A DNA stretch of 64,000 bases from Marsupella aquatica (GCA_973895155.1 OZ316892.1:20285869-20349868); one strand, 5' to 3'. Counted from the stretch's first letter, positions 12,836 through 25,716 are shown. The notes: generated by a model not told the origin, from the sequence alone. Program-made: numbers and translations.

Positions 12836-13297
12836 ATATAGCATGTTCATCTTACTACATGCTTATTTTGACTTATTTAAAATAAGGAGACATTTTAATT
12901 TGACTAGTTTATGAAAAACAAGTATTGAAAGAATGATTATAAGAAATTTAAAAAATGCACACTTTTTTAAAAATGAGAAAAGTACAATACTTTAAGACAT
13001 GTGCATTAATTTCAAAGTACTAGTCAATGTACTTGTATAACTACCTGAACTTTGTTTTAAAAAAAAATTCTGCTCTATTTGGGGCTCTCTATTTAGGTGA
13101 CACCTGTTCATTGACTCATCAATGACTAGTGTAATTGCTTGGTTGAAGGGTCGAACCTCCTCTCATACAAGTAAGGAAATATGCCCCTCAAAATGTTAAG
13201 AAAACATGTGGTACCTAATAAAAACTAATGAATTTTAAAAAGTTAAAGGGGCTGCCAAAAGTTACTAAATTCTAAATGATACATAGCTAAAACATAG
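12836..13297 (+). repeat. AT-rich dispersed repeat, copy 1 (inverted relative to copy 2)
   Basis: Colinear reverse-complement similarity to 27228-27848 along its length, e.g. GCATGTTCATC.TACTACATGC.TATTTTGACTTAT, ATTTAGGTGACACCTGTTCA, GAAGGGTCGAACCT, GGGCTGCCAAAA. Confidence 0.85.
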
Positions 13298-13889
13298 GGT
13301 GGTTCTCTCGTGTTCCTGAATACTCCAGATTGACCTTTTATATCTGATCACTCACCTTTGGTTCCTCTATCCGTCGTGTACTCAAATATGACTTTTATGG
13401 CAGTCTGACATACCCTGCAACCTGTCTTTCGAGAAGTGCCTTTGCTACTTCGCTTTTGAGAACTTGCTGTTAACAAAGTAGGAATCCTCACTTTCTGGCT
13501 GTGCTAAACGACGCTTGGCGTGTAGAACAGTTACCTACAGTTCTTTTACGGGCTTCTTATGAAGTTCTTTGCTATCATGGAAACGAGATTTGATGCCAAC
13601 TAGAATCCAGTGTTGGATGAACCTGTTCTGCCTCTCAAATCATGTAAAATAGAGGACATGGGTTGCCACCAAGAAGCCGCCAAAGTCCCCTTAAGGAGAC
13701 TACATTCTTCAGATTAAATAATGGACATAACTCAGACTGTCAAAATTGCAGAGTAGGATGGAGGTGCAAGCCGAGAATATGGCTGTCCGAAGGCCAAAAG
13801 AATCGTGCCAATATTGAGAAATCTATAGAATTGTAAATATCTGACTCTAACTACCTATCCATATCAAAAATCCTTCGTGGATGACAACT

Positions 13890-15677
13890 TTAATCTGGTG
13901 GGACTAAAGACTCTCCCTCGAAGAAAACTCTGTGCAATGATCTTACACAATCCAGTGCTTGATCATCATCCACTACAAGCGAGATGTTGACCTTGGACGC
14001 TCCCTGTGAGATCATCTGAACATTCACCCCGGCGGCATTGAACACTCCAAAGGCCTTCTCCAGAATCAGTGACGATCTCTGTACATTACCAATCAACGAG
14101 ATGATAGATCTCTTCCGCAGAAGTTTCACTGCTGCTATCTTTTTCAGCTCTTCAACCACGCGGAACAGCTCCTGATCGATCAGCTCCCTGTCCCAGAGCT
14201 TAGATGGGTCTAAAGTGAGTGAAATACTAACTTCACTCGTGGCGACCACATCAACAGAGATGCCTAGCTCCTCGAAAATGGAGAAGACCTTGGCGAGGAA
14301 CCCGAACTGGCCAAGCATACGTTGACTCACAATATCCAGCATTGTAATCCCTTTCTTCAGCACAATACTCGTCAGCACCGCCTCGCTCATATCTCTGTCC
14401 TTGGTGATGAGAGTCCCGGGTGCAGTAGGGTTGTATGAATTCTTCACTCTCACAGGTATGTCCCCCTCCCTTGCAGGCCTCATAGACTGCGGATGCAGTA
14501 CTTGTGCACCGAAATAGGAAAGCTCAGCAGCCTCATCGAACGTGAGCCGGTTCACCACAATGGCATCCTTGTGAATGTTGGGATCACAGGTTAAAACCCC
14601 ATCCACATCCTTCCAGACCTGGATTTCTCTCAATCCCAATGCCTTCCCCAAAGCAGTGGCAGTCAAATCACTCCCCCCTCTGCCAAGTGTGGTGGTAGCA
14701 CCACTCTTCTGCCCCTTCCCTAGAAAGCCAGTCACAATGGGAATGGCAGGATTAGCCCTGAAATCCCCAAGCAACACACTGTTCACGTTCTTGTACGCGA
14801 CATCCAAAATCTCCGCATTGGTAAACTCATCTGTGGTAATGAAGCCGATATCAAAGGCATCATACTGCCTCGCTCTAACGCCCTGCTTTTCCAGATAGGC
14901 GGCGAAGATTCGAGTCGACAAGCGCTCCCCGAAGGAGACTAGATAGTCTCTCGTCCGGGGAGTCAACTCCTTCATCATGGCTATACCTGTGAGGAGCTGC
15001 TCCAACTCGATTAACAGATTGGAGACGACCTCAACCCTAATCCCTAGCTCTTTGACAGTGTCAAAATGTAAGCTCTTCACAAAATTAAGCTCACTAATAT
15101 GGCAGGAATTGGAGGGGCCGCATGAGACGGCTGCCTCCCCGGCCCGGAGGAGGTTATTGGTGGTCTTGCCCATAGCGGACAGGACGATCACGGGCCTTTC
15201 TTCCGGGAAGCTGAGAATCACATTGGCAACGTCTGCGATCCGAGATGCGTTCGCTACTGAAGAGCCGCCGAATTTCATCACTGTGGTGAGATCTAGCTCT
15301 GAGTACTTCTCCCTCTTGAAGATCTCCACCTCCTTGTCTGCGATCCCCACGCCCCCGGCGGAACAACTAACCTCCGCCTTATGCCCCTTGACCCTCCGTG
15401 TGGAAAATGTAGAGGGAGAGAAGACACCGCCGAGCAGAAGAGAAGCTTTAGAGTCCGAGAAGATAGACGAGGAGGACGAGCAAGCCAGAGCAGCACCATA
15501 CTGGTGGCCATGGTCCACCGATCGGAGGGGATCTGTGACGAGGGACGAAACCGAAATCCCTGAAGAGGCGCCACAGCACCGAAAACGACGATCGTCATCA
15601 TTTCCCTTCAGCCTGCGAGTCGAAGGCCCGAAATTCGGAAGGAGAAGAAGCGAAGGAATAGCTGCATGCGCCGCCAT
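13890..15677 (-). CDS. AK: Plastid monofunctional (lysine-sensitive type) aspartate kinase, single exon, 595 aa
   Basis: Uninterrupted ORF with a Ser/Arg-rich N-terminal transit peptide, VMKFGGSS, SAMGKTTN, SFGERLS, TTLGRGGSDLTA, WKDVDGVLTCDP and YFGAQVLHP, plus two C-terminal ACT domains (MLGQFGFLAKVF...ATSEVSISLT; QMISQGASKVNIS). No homoserine dehydrogenase domain. Confidence 0.97.
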   Translation of the reverse strand: MAAHAAIPSLLLLPNFGPSTRRLKGNDDDRRFRCCGASSGISVSSLVTDPLRSVDHGHQYGAALACSSSSSIFSDSKASLLLGGVFSPSTFSTRRVKGHKAEVSCSAGGVGIADKEVEIFKREKYSELDLTTVMKFGGSSVANASRIADVANVILSFPEERPVIVLSAMGKTTNNLLRAGEAAVSCGPSNSCHISELNFVKSLHFDTVKELGIRVEVVSNLLIELEQLLTGIAMMKELTPRTRDYLVSFGERLSTRIFAAYLEKQGVRARQYDAFDIGFITTDEFTNAEILDVAYKNVNSVLLGDFRANPAIPIVTGFLGKGQKSGATTTLGRGGSDLTATALGKALGLREIQVWKDVDGVLTCDPNIHKDAIVVNRLTFDEAAELSYFGAQVLHPQSMRPAREGDIPVRVKNSYNPTAPGTLITKDRDMSEAVLTSIVLKKGITMLDIVSQRMLGQFGFLAKVFSIFEELGISVDVVATSEVSISLTLDPSKLWDRELIDQELFRVVEELKKIAAVKLLRKRSIISLIGNVQRSSLILEKAFGVFNAAGVNVQMISQGASKVNISLVVDDDQALDCVRSLHRVFFEGESLVPPD

Positions 15678-16718
15678 TTTCGCAGCGCTGCAGCTATTTT
15701 CTAGGAAGAAGATCCTCTACTGCTTGCTGTGCAAAATCCACTCCTCCCGGTAACCGAAAAAAATTCCCTCTGAAAATGATAAGTCTGTGACCTTTCGCTC
15801 TTCTGCTTACGGTGCGCACTGCACTCCTCACAGGAGCGGAAGAAGGCCACTGGAATTGTCGAGCCCGAGACCTAATAATCCTGCCGTTTGATGCACTCCC
15901 CTGCTACTAAGTACTAGGAACAATTATTGATGTACAGAGACTCCACCCTCCCTCTGGCGTCAGGTGTTTCATCCACAGCACTACCTACCGTAACATCCAG
16001 GCGAACCGCTGACCACCGGACACAAACCGCCTCGAATGCGCAAACTGTCCACCAACAAGCACCAACTATATAGAGGCCACATGTGATCTTCTCTCGTTCT
16101 GCCAAATCATTTCGCACGAATTTTTCTCAACCAAATCCTTCGTCTCGATTTGCCTTCGACGCACTCCTCGGACCACAGCAGACTTTTGCAACCCTGCGAC
16201 GAATTAACAAGCTTCACAGTTCACAGAGGCAATCCACGTAAAACAGGGAGTGACAGAGAGAAGCTACACCACAGTGCCGCCATCCCGAGGGAGCTCAAGA
16301 GAGGAGGAGAGAAGATGAGCGTCGTGAAACATGTGCATGAACAGGAAGGGAACCCGGCAACCCGCGAACCAAAAGACGTGAATGAAACGGAAGTTTTGCC
16401 GCACGAGGGAGCTAGAGAAGTGGAGCGAATTGAAGCTGTCGCACGGGGGAATGCGAGAAGGACTGAAGGAGGCAACGGGACCTCAAACTCGGGCGAAGGC
16501 GAGACGATGGACATGAATTATTCTTGATTGAATTGACGGAAGCTCCCTCACCAACGAGAGGTGCGAGCGAGACTGCGAGAGGGAGTTCGCGTTAGGGTTT
16601 AACAAACCACCATTGATCTAACTCACACGCTCTGGGTCGCAGTCGAACTGCGAATAACCATCCTGGACTGCAGTCGTAGTCAACCGCGTTTGGCGATGCG
16701 GTCCACCACCCTATAATA

Positions 16719-17073
16719 GGGTGTCTCAAATATGAGACCAGAGACTTGTATGGCCTGGCTGGGACAAGGCCCAAATGGACATCCGCAAAAGTGGGCGGGG
16801 TATGAAACTGAGGTAGTCACACCTCAAGACCCGGAGCCGATTGTTTCGGTGACCGTTTTGGTGTGTGAAAACCCGACAACACTTGCCGCTCAAAAAGCCC
16901 AACTCTGCACAAGTGACCAATTCCCCGATTTCCAAAAGAAAAACCTTCTGGCCGGGCCGGTTCAACTATTCAACTTGTTTTGTTGCAGAGTCCGTAGGTG
17001 GTGACCAGGCACACATAGCAGACCCAGAGCTACTACGGTTTTCTAAATCCATGGTCTCATAATTGAGACCCCC
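16719..17073. mobile_element. MITE (355 bp) with ~22-30 bp TIRs and TA (or TAATA) target duplication; Tc1/mariner (Stowaway)-like
   Basis: Left end GGGTGTCTCAAATATGAGACCA; right end TGGTCTCATAATTGAGACCCCC. TAATA flanks both sides (16714-16718 and 17074-17078). Confidence 0.8.
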
Positions 17074-17300
17074 TAATAATAAAACATCTTGCATTCCCTA
17101 GTGACTTTCTAGTATTATAAGGACTGCAAATTGCTTTACAAGAACTTCTCACATGAAAGTACCTTTGATGGGCCCACTAGTCTAGGGACAAACTATGTAT
17201 ATTTGGGTTGATGAAGAAAGAAAGTTTAGTTTAGAGTTCCACAAAATACATTTCTTTAGAAAATGATGCAACCTTTGGGGAGACTTGCATAACCTGAAAG

Positions 17301-17628
17301 CTCGGGGGGGTCACTTCCACGGAAGTGACACATCACGTGCGACGAAGTATAGGCCCATTTAAATGGGTGTGGCGGAAGACTTCCAAAGTTTGGTGGAAGA
17401 ACACATAGGGCATGTTTTATTGATTGGTCGACTTTAAAGAACACATAGGCCTATTTAATTGCAAAAAATACTTTCTATAAAGTTTTTAGGGGTTTTTTAA
17501 TAAAAAATGACAAAATTTTAAGAAAGAAAGGGCTTTGCAAAAAAATATTTTTCACTTTAAAGTTAGGGGGGTCAAACCCTAAAACGTCGCACGCGATGTA
17601 TGACCCTCCATATAGTGACCCCCCCGAG
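17301..17628. mobile_element. MITE (328 bp) with perfect 15-bp TIR and 8-bp TSD
   Basis: CCTGAAAG|CTCGGGGGGGTCACT ... AGTGACCCCCCCGAG|CCTGAAAG, with TSDs at 17293-17300 and 17629-17636. Confidence 0.9.
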
Positions 17629-17906
17629 CCTGAAAGGCCCTTAGCTATACCCTCTTATTTGCTCAGATGATGCTGAGAAAACTTCATTGTTAACTTTGTT
17701 GTGTTGCTTTGAGGTTTTGGGACTAGAGGGTCTTGAGAGAAAAGGCCTACTAGGGGGTGTCAATGTTAAGCACTGGCAAAGATTTCACGAGTAAGTCTGG
17801 TTGGCCGTGAAGCAATCCCGTGGGCTGTGGGCAATATAACAGGCAGACAGGTCAAGAGGATATCAAGGGTCAAGAGGATATCATACTTTCTTTGACTTGT
17901 TATTAA

Positions 17907-18267
17907 GGGCCACTTTACAAGACGGGCATGGCAATTTAGTCCCTCTTTTTTCATGATCGAATCAATCACAACCGTTGTTTCAGCCTGCCCGGGCGCTCCT
18001 TGCTTTAGAAGACTGGCGCGGCAAGTTGAGCTGCGGGAATAACCGAACCTGCATTCTGGTATGGATCAGCTCGGGCCAGCCGGCTTGGGACTCTCATCCG
18101 GGCGCTAGACTATCGGACCTCCGGAGGTGCGAAAATGGGCAGCCCGCTTCCTCCTAGGATTCCTGCCTTGGATTGGTCTAGAGTCCTACCGTACCACTAA
18201 AGTTGGGTTCTGTCACAGCCCTGGTAGAAAGCACTCAAATTGCCGCGCCCGTCTTGTAAAGTGGCCC
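17907..18267. mobile_element. PIF/Harbinger (Tourist-like) MITE, 361 bp
   Basis: TAA|GGGCCACTTTACAAGACGGGCATGGCAATTT ... AAATTGCCGCGCCCGTCTTGTAAAGTGGCCC|TAA. About 31-bp TIR with 2 mismatches and a TAA TSD. Confidence 0.9.
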
Positions 18268-21200
18268 TAAGGCTGGGTGATCCCTGATATGTAGCAGAGT
18301 GCTTACATTGACACAAAGTACTTTGACTCACAAAAAACTCTTGCGGCCTGCATGAAAATTCTGCAGACAATCTTGCAGGGTAGGGCTAAGGTGACCCTTA
18401 AGCTTTCTGCCATCATCAGAAAATTGGGCAAGTTAGAAATAAGCAATGTCAGGACAAGCAATACAAATTATCTGGAAAGGGAATTCAATCCTTATGTCTT
18501 ACTTATAAAGTGCCAACTATAAGTTAGAGTGGTGGCCTAGGCTTCTAGAGTGAAGCTTCTAGACATTAACTCCATGGCTCATAGTGTGGATGGAAAACTC
18601 ATGACTATGATGTATGTCAAATGATAATCATGCATACTTTTTGTTATGATTTTTCTTTGCATTAAAAAATGGATTCTATGCCCACACCATAACATATGTG
18701 CCTAGAAAGAAAGATGTGCATAGAAAAGAGTATGATATGTTATGAATTATTATTAAAACGATGACATGAATGATGGTTTTTTATCATTCCAAGAATGTGA
18801 GTAAGGTATATATTTTGGTGATATTTTTATTGTCATCCCCTCTATTCATGTTCAAAGAACAGGTAGTCGGGGCTAGAATGTCTAAAGGCACATCCTGCCT
18901 AGGAGAGTGCTACCAGCCGCCCTGCAAAGTCAGCACAATGAAAAGGATTTAATATTTCAGACTTCTAAACCTCTCACTCAACAATCCCACTCAACAACAC
19001 CCAATCCCGTCCCATCCCATCCCATCAAGTACAGAAATCTACTGTGTCACACTCTCCAGAGAATTCTCTTGTCATACTCTATTGTGTCACTCCTATTCTT
19101 TGCTTCTGCTTGTCACCACCTGCTTTCCACAAATCAGTGGCATCCTACATTAGAAGGTAGTAATGGGCCAACAATCCAGGGCTGGTGGTCAAACAGTAGA
19201 TTACACACCTGTGCCTTAAAAAAAGACAGGGTAGACAAAGTTCATTCATCCTCAACTAAGCCAGACACTATTACAAATCTGTGCCACCTTATTCCATTCT
19301 GACATATGAATTGAGAGCAACCCTTCAGATCCAGAACTTCCCCAATGGGGTTTCACTATCAAAATCAACTATTATCTTGTGAACATTTTATGTCACAACC
19401 AATTTGAAGATTCAATTATTAGTCGTCTAACAACTGACCATTTAAGGGCTCTGCTCTAGGTATCTGCTGACAGAAATGACTCTTCAAACAAGGGTGGGCT
19501 TCATGATGACAGGCAGATATAGTTGATTGATTGCACTGAAGGAGGCAAAAATGAGGTCAAACATTGCTTTGTTATAAAATTGGGTGGTGCGAGAGTGTTG
19601 CTAAGAGAAAGCGAGATAAATACAAGGTCCAAACGAGGGCAGACAGCCCACTTGGAAACAAACAGAGTTAAACAAGTGCAGCCCATAACTCATAAAGTCA
19701 ATATAAGGTGACAAGAGCCAATTCAGGCTTTGTTGTTCTCTATTAATGGTGAATGGTATTGTCACATTCAACTAATTGGTCAGCCTAAATCAGTGGAGCA
19801 TGCAGAGTACGAGATTGTGATTGGGCGGAATGCCCCAAGGACAGAACTTCAACACTATATTTTCCCAAGCTGTCAAGAGTTGAATTGAGCTGGGGCTTCC
19901 TACTTCAACTGCAAAGGCAAAAACTGGTTAAGAAGCCTGGGAATGGGTTTACTACATTCTTGAGAAGGGAATTATTTTGTGTTTTGGAAATTGCAGTTTG
20001 GTGGATTGCACAAGAATAACCAAGGCATTAGATTTCATGAAGGACAAAAACAGCTTTGGGAGCGATATAAGATATTGGGCTTAGAGTATAGTTATGAGGT
20101 TGGACAAGAACTTTTTTCCCATCCGTTTATTCTTACATCCCCGGCAATGGGTGTGTCTATCAGCATTCCAACTTTATGAGAATACTTTTGACATGTTACT
20201 GGGAGAGACAAAAATCAACTTTATGAGAATACTTTTGACATCATGTTGGGAGAGACAAAAATGCAAGCAGATGTTAATGCTATGCAGAAAAAGAAAAAAA
20301 ACAAGATTTAGTTGAAATTGTTATGCAATGAAACTTGTCAGTCCCTAGAAAGCTGTGCCCTACTGACAAAGCAATCTTGACACATTTGTCAAACTACAAC
20401 ATACCAAATTTTTACTTTCTCATTTGAAATTTGAAAGCTTGTAACCCACTGACAAAGCAATCTTGACACATTTGTTAAACAGCAATATACCAAATTTTTA
20501 CTCTCATTTGAAATTTGATAATTCAATCTACATGTTATTGTGCAAATCTTTGCCTTTCCCACTTTTAGACTACACACAGTTTTCTTTTCTGTCTGTCTTC
20601 ACTTACTGGGTAGTATTACTGATTTCTTTATACCTTTTGTGGAGGTCTAATTTCAGTGGCTCGATTATTCTTGAAAAGGGCTCTGGGTCTCTTAGGCCTT
20701 GCTAAGAATGTCCGATCCAAGATATAGGGAGTAAAAAATCCTTTGGTTGGCGCAGAGGGTTACGTAGGACGTTCTTAATTCTGAGCGGTATTAAGAAAGC
20801 TATCCAGTAATAAGTGTAGGATTGGGGCTAAAAGAATTGAGCAGGGATCCATTACCCCAACACAAAGCTGACAACATGACTACAGCATAATATAGTGCAT
20901 TTCTCTGCTGAAACCCAAGTAGTCCCAAAGGACTCCTTCAGCAGTGACACGGCTTCGAAGGACACAAATGACTTAAAACGAGTTGTGCACAAAGAACTTT
21001 CCACCGAAGCAGAGGAGATGGTTACTACGTTCAAAGCCTTCTTGAAAGGACGTTCCATAAGTGCAAGAACTGCTCTGGAAATTTGGAATCGTTATATTAT
21101 GAATGTGGAGTTCTTGGGATTTGAGGTGCTGTGAATCAAGGCCCCACATCATTGACCGTTTGCCTCTTCACTGCACGAAGACGCCTTCTCAAAGAGCAAA

Positions 21201-21727
21201 ACTGCTTGATGGCATGGTCTAGCAGAGTACAGCATACCACAGGCAGCAATAAGAAGTACCACTAGGAGACATCCACCTTCGGACTTTCTCTCCAGTACCT
21301 GCTTTTCAAGACGCCTTCAAAACTTGTCTCAAATGCCATGTGCCACCAACGTGCTTTGTACACATTGAAGATTTGCCGACAGAAGTACTGCACGGAGCAA
21401 ACGGAACGAGAAGCGTAGTTAACACCTATGATTTCTGAACTAGCTTTATCCAGTCTCCGAAAATGCTTCTCAAAGAGCATCAATCCGTGGATGACTGGAG
21501 GTGAAACTCAGACCTACATCCACCCCCCAACATAACTGTTGTAATCACCTACACCCTATCCCACGTTACCGCATTCATGATCATTATAAGAGACGAGCTA
21601 GCCTGCAAAGCTTAAGATCATTGCTGCAGACACTTATGACTCTACATGCCAGTGATGAAGTGCTCTGTTTTCATTGAAGTCTGCAAATTTCAGGAATCTC
21701 CACGGTGGCAGTCATACCGTTATTTTC

Positions 21728-24700
21728 TCATAGCTCATCCTTTAGTATGGTGGTTTCCGGAGCTTCATCTAACGTCACAGGTTTGGATCTGTATTCGTTG
21801 ATAAACTCGGAAATGCCCTTTTTGGTACGTTCCCCATCAAATGGGGTAACAACTCCTGATGCACTGTAGAAATAAAGTGTAGGGAAACCCCGTACATCGA
21901 ACAGATCACTGTCTACATCATTAGCTGTTGCATCCTACAAACATGCACCCAAAAAAAGGTTAGACCGCGTCAAATAGAAAAATTATCTGCTCCTGTATGT
22001 CAAAGTTTGGACGCCCCCAATTTTGCTCAATTGACCTAGAACAGTAGTACAAACACACTCCTAGCATCCGTAGAGTCAAGGCAATTTCAAGTTGCAAACG
22101 AGCCCATAGCTTCTAAAGTTCACTGATAGCTGCACAACCTTGCGACTCGCTCCACATAACAGTATCAGGTTACTCTATCCTGCGAACGGTCATGAGCTTT
22201 GTTGAAAAACATTCCTCAATTTTTACAGAAGAGAGAAAGAAACTTACAAACTTGGCAATCATAACATCTGGGTCAGATTCAAACGAAGCAGCCACTTCAT
22301 CCAGCACAGGAGCTAACTTCTTGCAATGGCCACACCAAGGTGCGTAGAATTCCAAGAAAACTGCACAATCAGACTTCAGAAGTGAGAAAAACATGAACAA
22401 AATCTACAGATATGTTACAACCATAAACAAAGATATCTATTTGTAATTAATACATATTGCAAATGACTTAATACATACTGCAAATGACCTTAAAGCATAA
22501 GTGCCAAATGTTTCCTCGAAAGTCGTCAACCTAGAAAGAAACCCTTACCATCCTTGCCACCATCTAGCACGACTTCTTTAAATGAGTTTGCCACGATGAC
22601 TTTTACAGGCTCCTCATTGAAGAGTGGGATGGGTTCAGACTTAATGTGTGCCTTCAAATTGCCCGCCTGCAATTTCAACTTAAGTCAGAGTGGCGTGGAA
22701 CCCTATCTTAATTACAACAATTACAAGAAAAAATTACAAACAGACGCATTTTCATATACCATTGTCAACGTACAAGAAGAGTAGCTCGAAACTTATCAAT
22801 ACTAATAGATCAATTCGTCAACCCTAGGTGCTTCAGAACATTATTGGGAGCATATCTTCTCTACAGAAACTAACCAGGTAGTCCTCCAACCACGGTGCTA
22901 GCTGTTCGGACTTGACATTCGTTGCAACAAATTTTTTCCCCTTATCAGTCTGAACGACGTAGGCCGGAAGGCCTTCCTTTTCAAGTCCAAAATACTACAT
23001 GACAACACCAGGGCATCGGTCATAAGCCTTTGGAAGAAAAATAATACATCCTAGCCTAGATATTCCGCAATCGATGTCGCTAGAGCACAGGCACAACCAA
23101 TTCTAAAACCAAAAACGAATTTTGCAATGGAAAATAGATGATAATTCTACTCTCTAGGCCCAAAATTGAAGTAGAGAAAAATGAAATACCTGTATAGCAT
23201 TGGTGCTCTCCCCTTCCTCAGAAAACAGGAATATTAATCCCTTCCCTTTGAACTCCTTGGCAGCTTTGGCGAATGCGGCCAGCAGAGTCGCTGGTTCATC
23301 TTCCGTCTGAGAACCCGCAAGAAAAAGGAAGACCTGCAATGTCACAGTTACAAGGCCAACTTAGTAGAGAAAAAGCGCAAGAACGTTTACTACCATGTTA
23401 TCCATCGGAGATGGATATTCTCCAGTTGAATCACTCCAAGCCAGAATTCCAGAGGTGTTTTGGATATACAGATCAAGATTTGGACAGAATCGCACCTCAT
23501 CCAACGACTACATTAATATATTACAAAGCCAAGGTTTTCGCATCAAAGGTGGACTGAACTGCAAACCTTGTCTTTCTCACTCTCAAAAAACTTCATGAGA
23601 GCAGGACGGTGTTCTTCTTTCTTGCTCATCTCAGTGATTAACTGAATGCTTTCAGCCTCCAAAAATTTTGTCAAAGCTTCCGGGGAAAAGTCCTGCACAA
23701 AAACTCACGTTCCACCTTTCAGTTTCGATATAAACAGAATAAAACTCGGTATGATCACCAGGCTACACAGGATTGAATTTCTCTCAGAACATTGTTGCAT
23801 ATAGCTAAGATAAGCATTTCCTTTGATCACAAGCTACTTCTCTCGACACGTCGTTCCAAGGCCAAACATGATAGTGATATTTACCGAGAAGTCCGCAGTC
23901 TTGTCATCAAAATTCTTATAAAACCGAATGGAAACAGCCTTCAAAGGCACACCGTTGTCCGGCAAATATGAGACATCCACGGTGTGAGCAAAGACGAAAG
24001 CGCTGCGTTGTGCATCAGCCACTTTACAAAAGTTTTTGTATTCCTCCCCTTCCAAGGTCTCAAACACACCAATCTGCGTCATCCCGTCCAGCGAATTAAA
24101 TGCTGCCCAGATGAACAGGGCCACCTAGGCTTCACAAGGTGCAAAAGATCTGCTGTCCTGGATGAAGGAAAGATACCATCTCATCTGCAAACACGTCACG
24201 GAGGATCGTACGATGTACACGCTATAACATCAAAAATATAACTAGCGTGAACCAGGATCAGACTGGTCCTATTACTTTTCAAGGATTACCATGCGTTGAG
24301 TGGGGTCAGACTAATCATGTAAGTAAAACCTAAAATTGTCCTCCACCCTAACATGTTGCAAAATTCAACAAGAGGTAAGCAAACTTACGACGACCAACTC
24401 CTTCTCATTTTCTTCAAGGAATTTCTCGGCTTGGTCACCAGATGTGAGCTCAACGGATGGCGGACCAGAGAGTTTCTTCAAGTAACTGACGATTCCAGCC
24501 TCATCTCGGGGTCCTTTGTATTCACTAATGACTTCGCCTTTGTTTCTGATGATCGTGAGAGTGGGGAATCCTTTGACACCAAATTCTTCGGCAACGGGCT
24601 TGTTAGATTCTTCATTGGCATCCACCTTGGCCAGAATGATGGGCGGATCATGGCTTTTGAGAGTTGTTGCTGCCTTCTCATACTGTAAAGTCAAACAGTA

Positions 24701-25603
24701 TCACAACCTGTCAGCTCTGTCATACCAGATTATGAGCGCACATAACAAGAACATATCAATTCACCAGATAGCAGGAACACAAAGACTAAGTACCTCAGGA
24801 GCCAACGACTTGCAGTGTCCACACCTGCACGCAGAGAACCAACAAACGAAAGCAAATTCCATGAGCCCCTCGGCCATAAAACTTTGAGCAAACAACCAAC
24901 CTCAAACCTTATCGCTCTACAATTTAAAAGCAAAAGGATACAGGACTGCTCCACAAGTCAAAGTTCCAAGCTTGGTCCCGGCGCGGAACCAATAATGAAC
25001 ACACATTTCCTCGAATTAGGAGATACGCACCACATGAACAAGGTAGTGAAATCAAGACCCAACCAGGAACAAGATCTATTCCCTGCTGCGTAGAAGAAGC
25101 CTGACGAACTGACCTACAGATCTTTCCTCTAATTGTGACAGAAGCTCATGAACTGACAAATTCGCCAAAAAAAAATAGCCCTAGTGCTGTCGTGAAAGCT
25201 TCACTCAAACAAGAAGCATCGTTCACCATCGCACTTGATGACAGCGCATAGACAGAGAGACGGAGAGAGGGAGAGAACAGAGTGCTAAATCGAACAGAGT
25301 TTAGAGAGGTAGAGGGACACAGAGTGGTGAAACGGTGCTACAACACTTCGGAGGCTGGCAGGCAGGCTGGCAGGCAGGCAGGCAGGCAGGCGGCAGAAAC
25401 ACAGATACATACCACGGTGCGTAGAATTCCACCACGATGAAGTCGTGCTTCTCCACAGTGTCCGTGAAGTTGCTCATATCCAGAACCAACACATCGGACG
25501 AGAGCGACTCCACCCCGGCCTCCGCCGAGCCCCATCCTTCAGCAACAGCACTCACCGCCAACAAAGCCAGTAGCAACAATGCAGCACCCCTCTGCTTCGC
25601 CAT
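21728..25603 (-). CDS. PDI: ER protein disulfide isomerase (classical a-b-b'-a', PDIL1-type), ~10 exons
   Basis: Signal peptide [23 protein letters not shown]. First active site FYAPW|[10 protein letters not shown] (31-nt exon ~24794-24824), second [14 protein letters not shown] (~22248-22361), GFPTL motifs, and a last exon ending ETTILKDEL* (TGA at 21728-21730). Confidence 0.96.
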
Positions 25604-25716
25604 CGCAACTCCACAACACTGCTTCTTTCCCCCAAATCCTTTCCACTCCCTTCTCTTCACTTCTCTTGAGTCTTGGAAAATGATGTCAAATGTTCACCAC
25701 TTCAAGCGCCGATTAC

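Noticed and set aside
14575-15753. 258-aa and 107-aa plus-strand ORFs
   Set aside because: Antisense shadows of the aspartate kinase CDS.
19500-21500. Possible further LINE RT or zinc-finger remnants downstream of PDI
   Set aside because: The motif resemblance is too weak to support without an HMM search.
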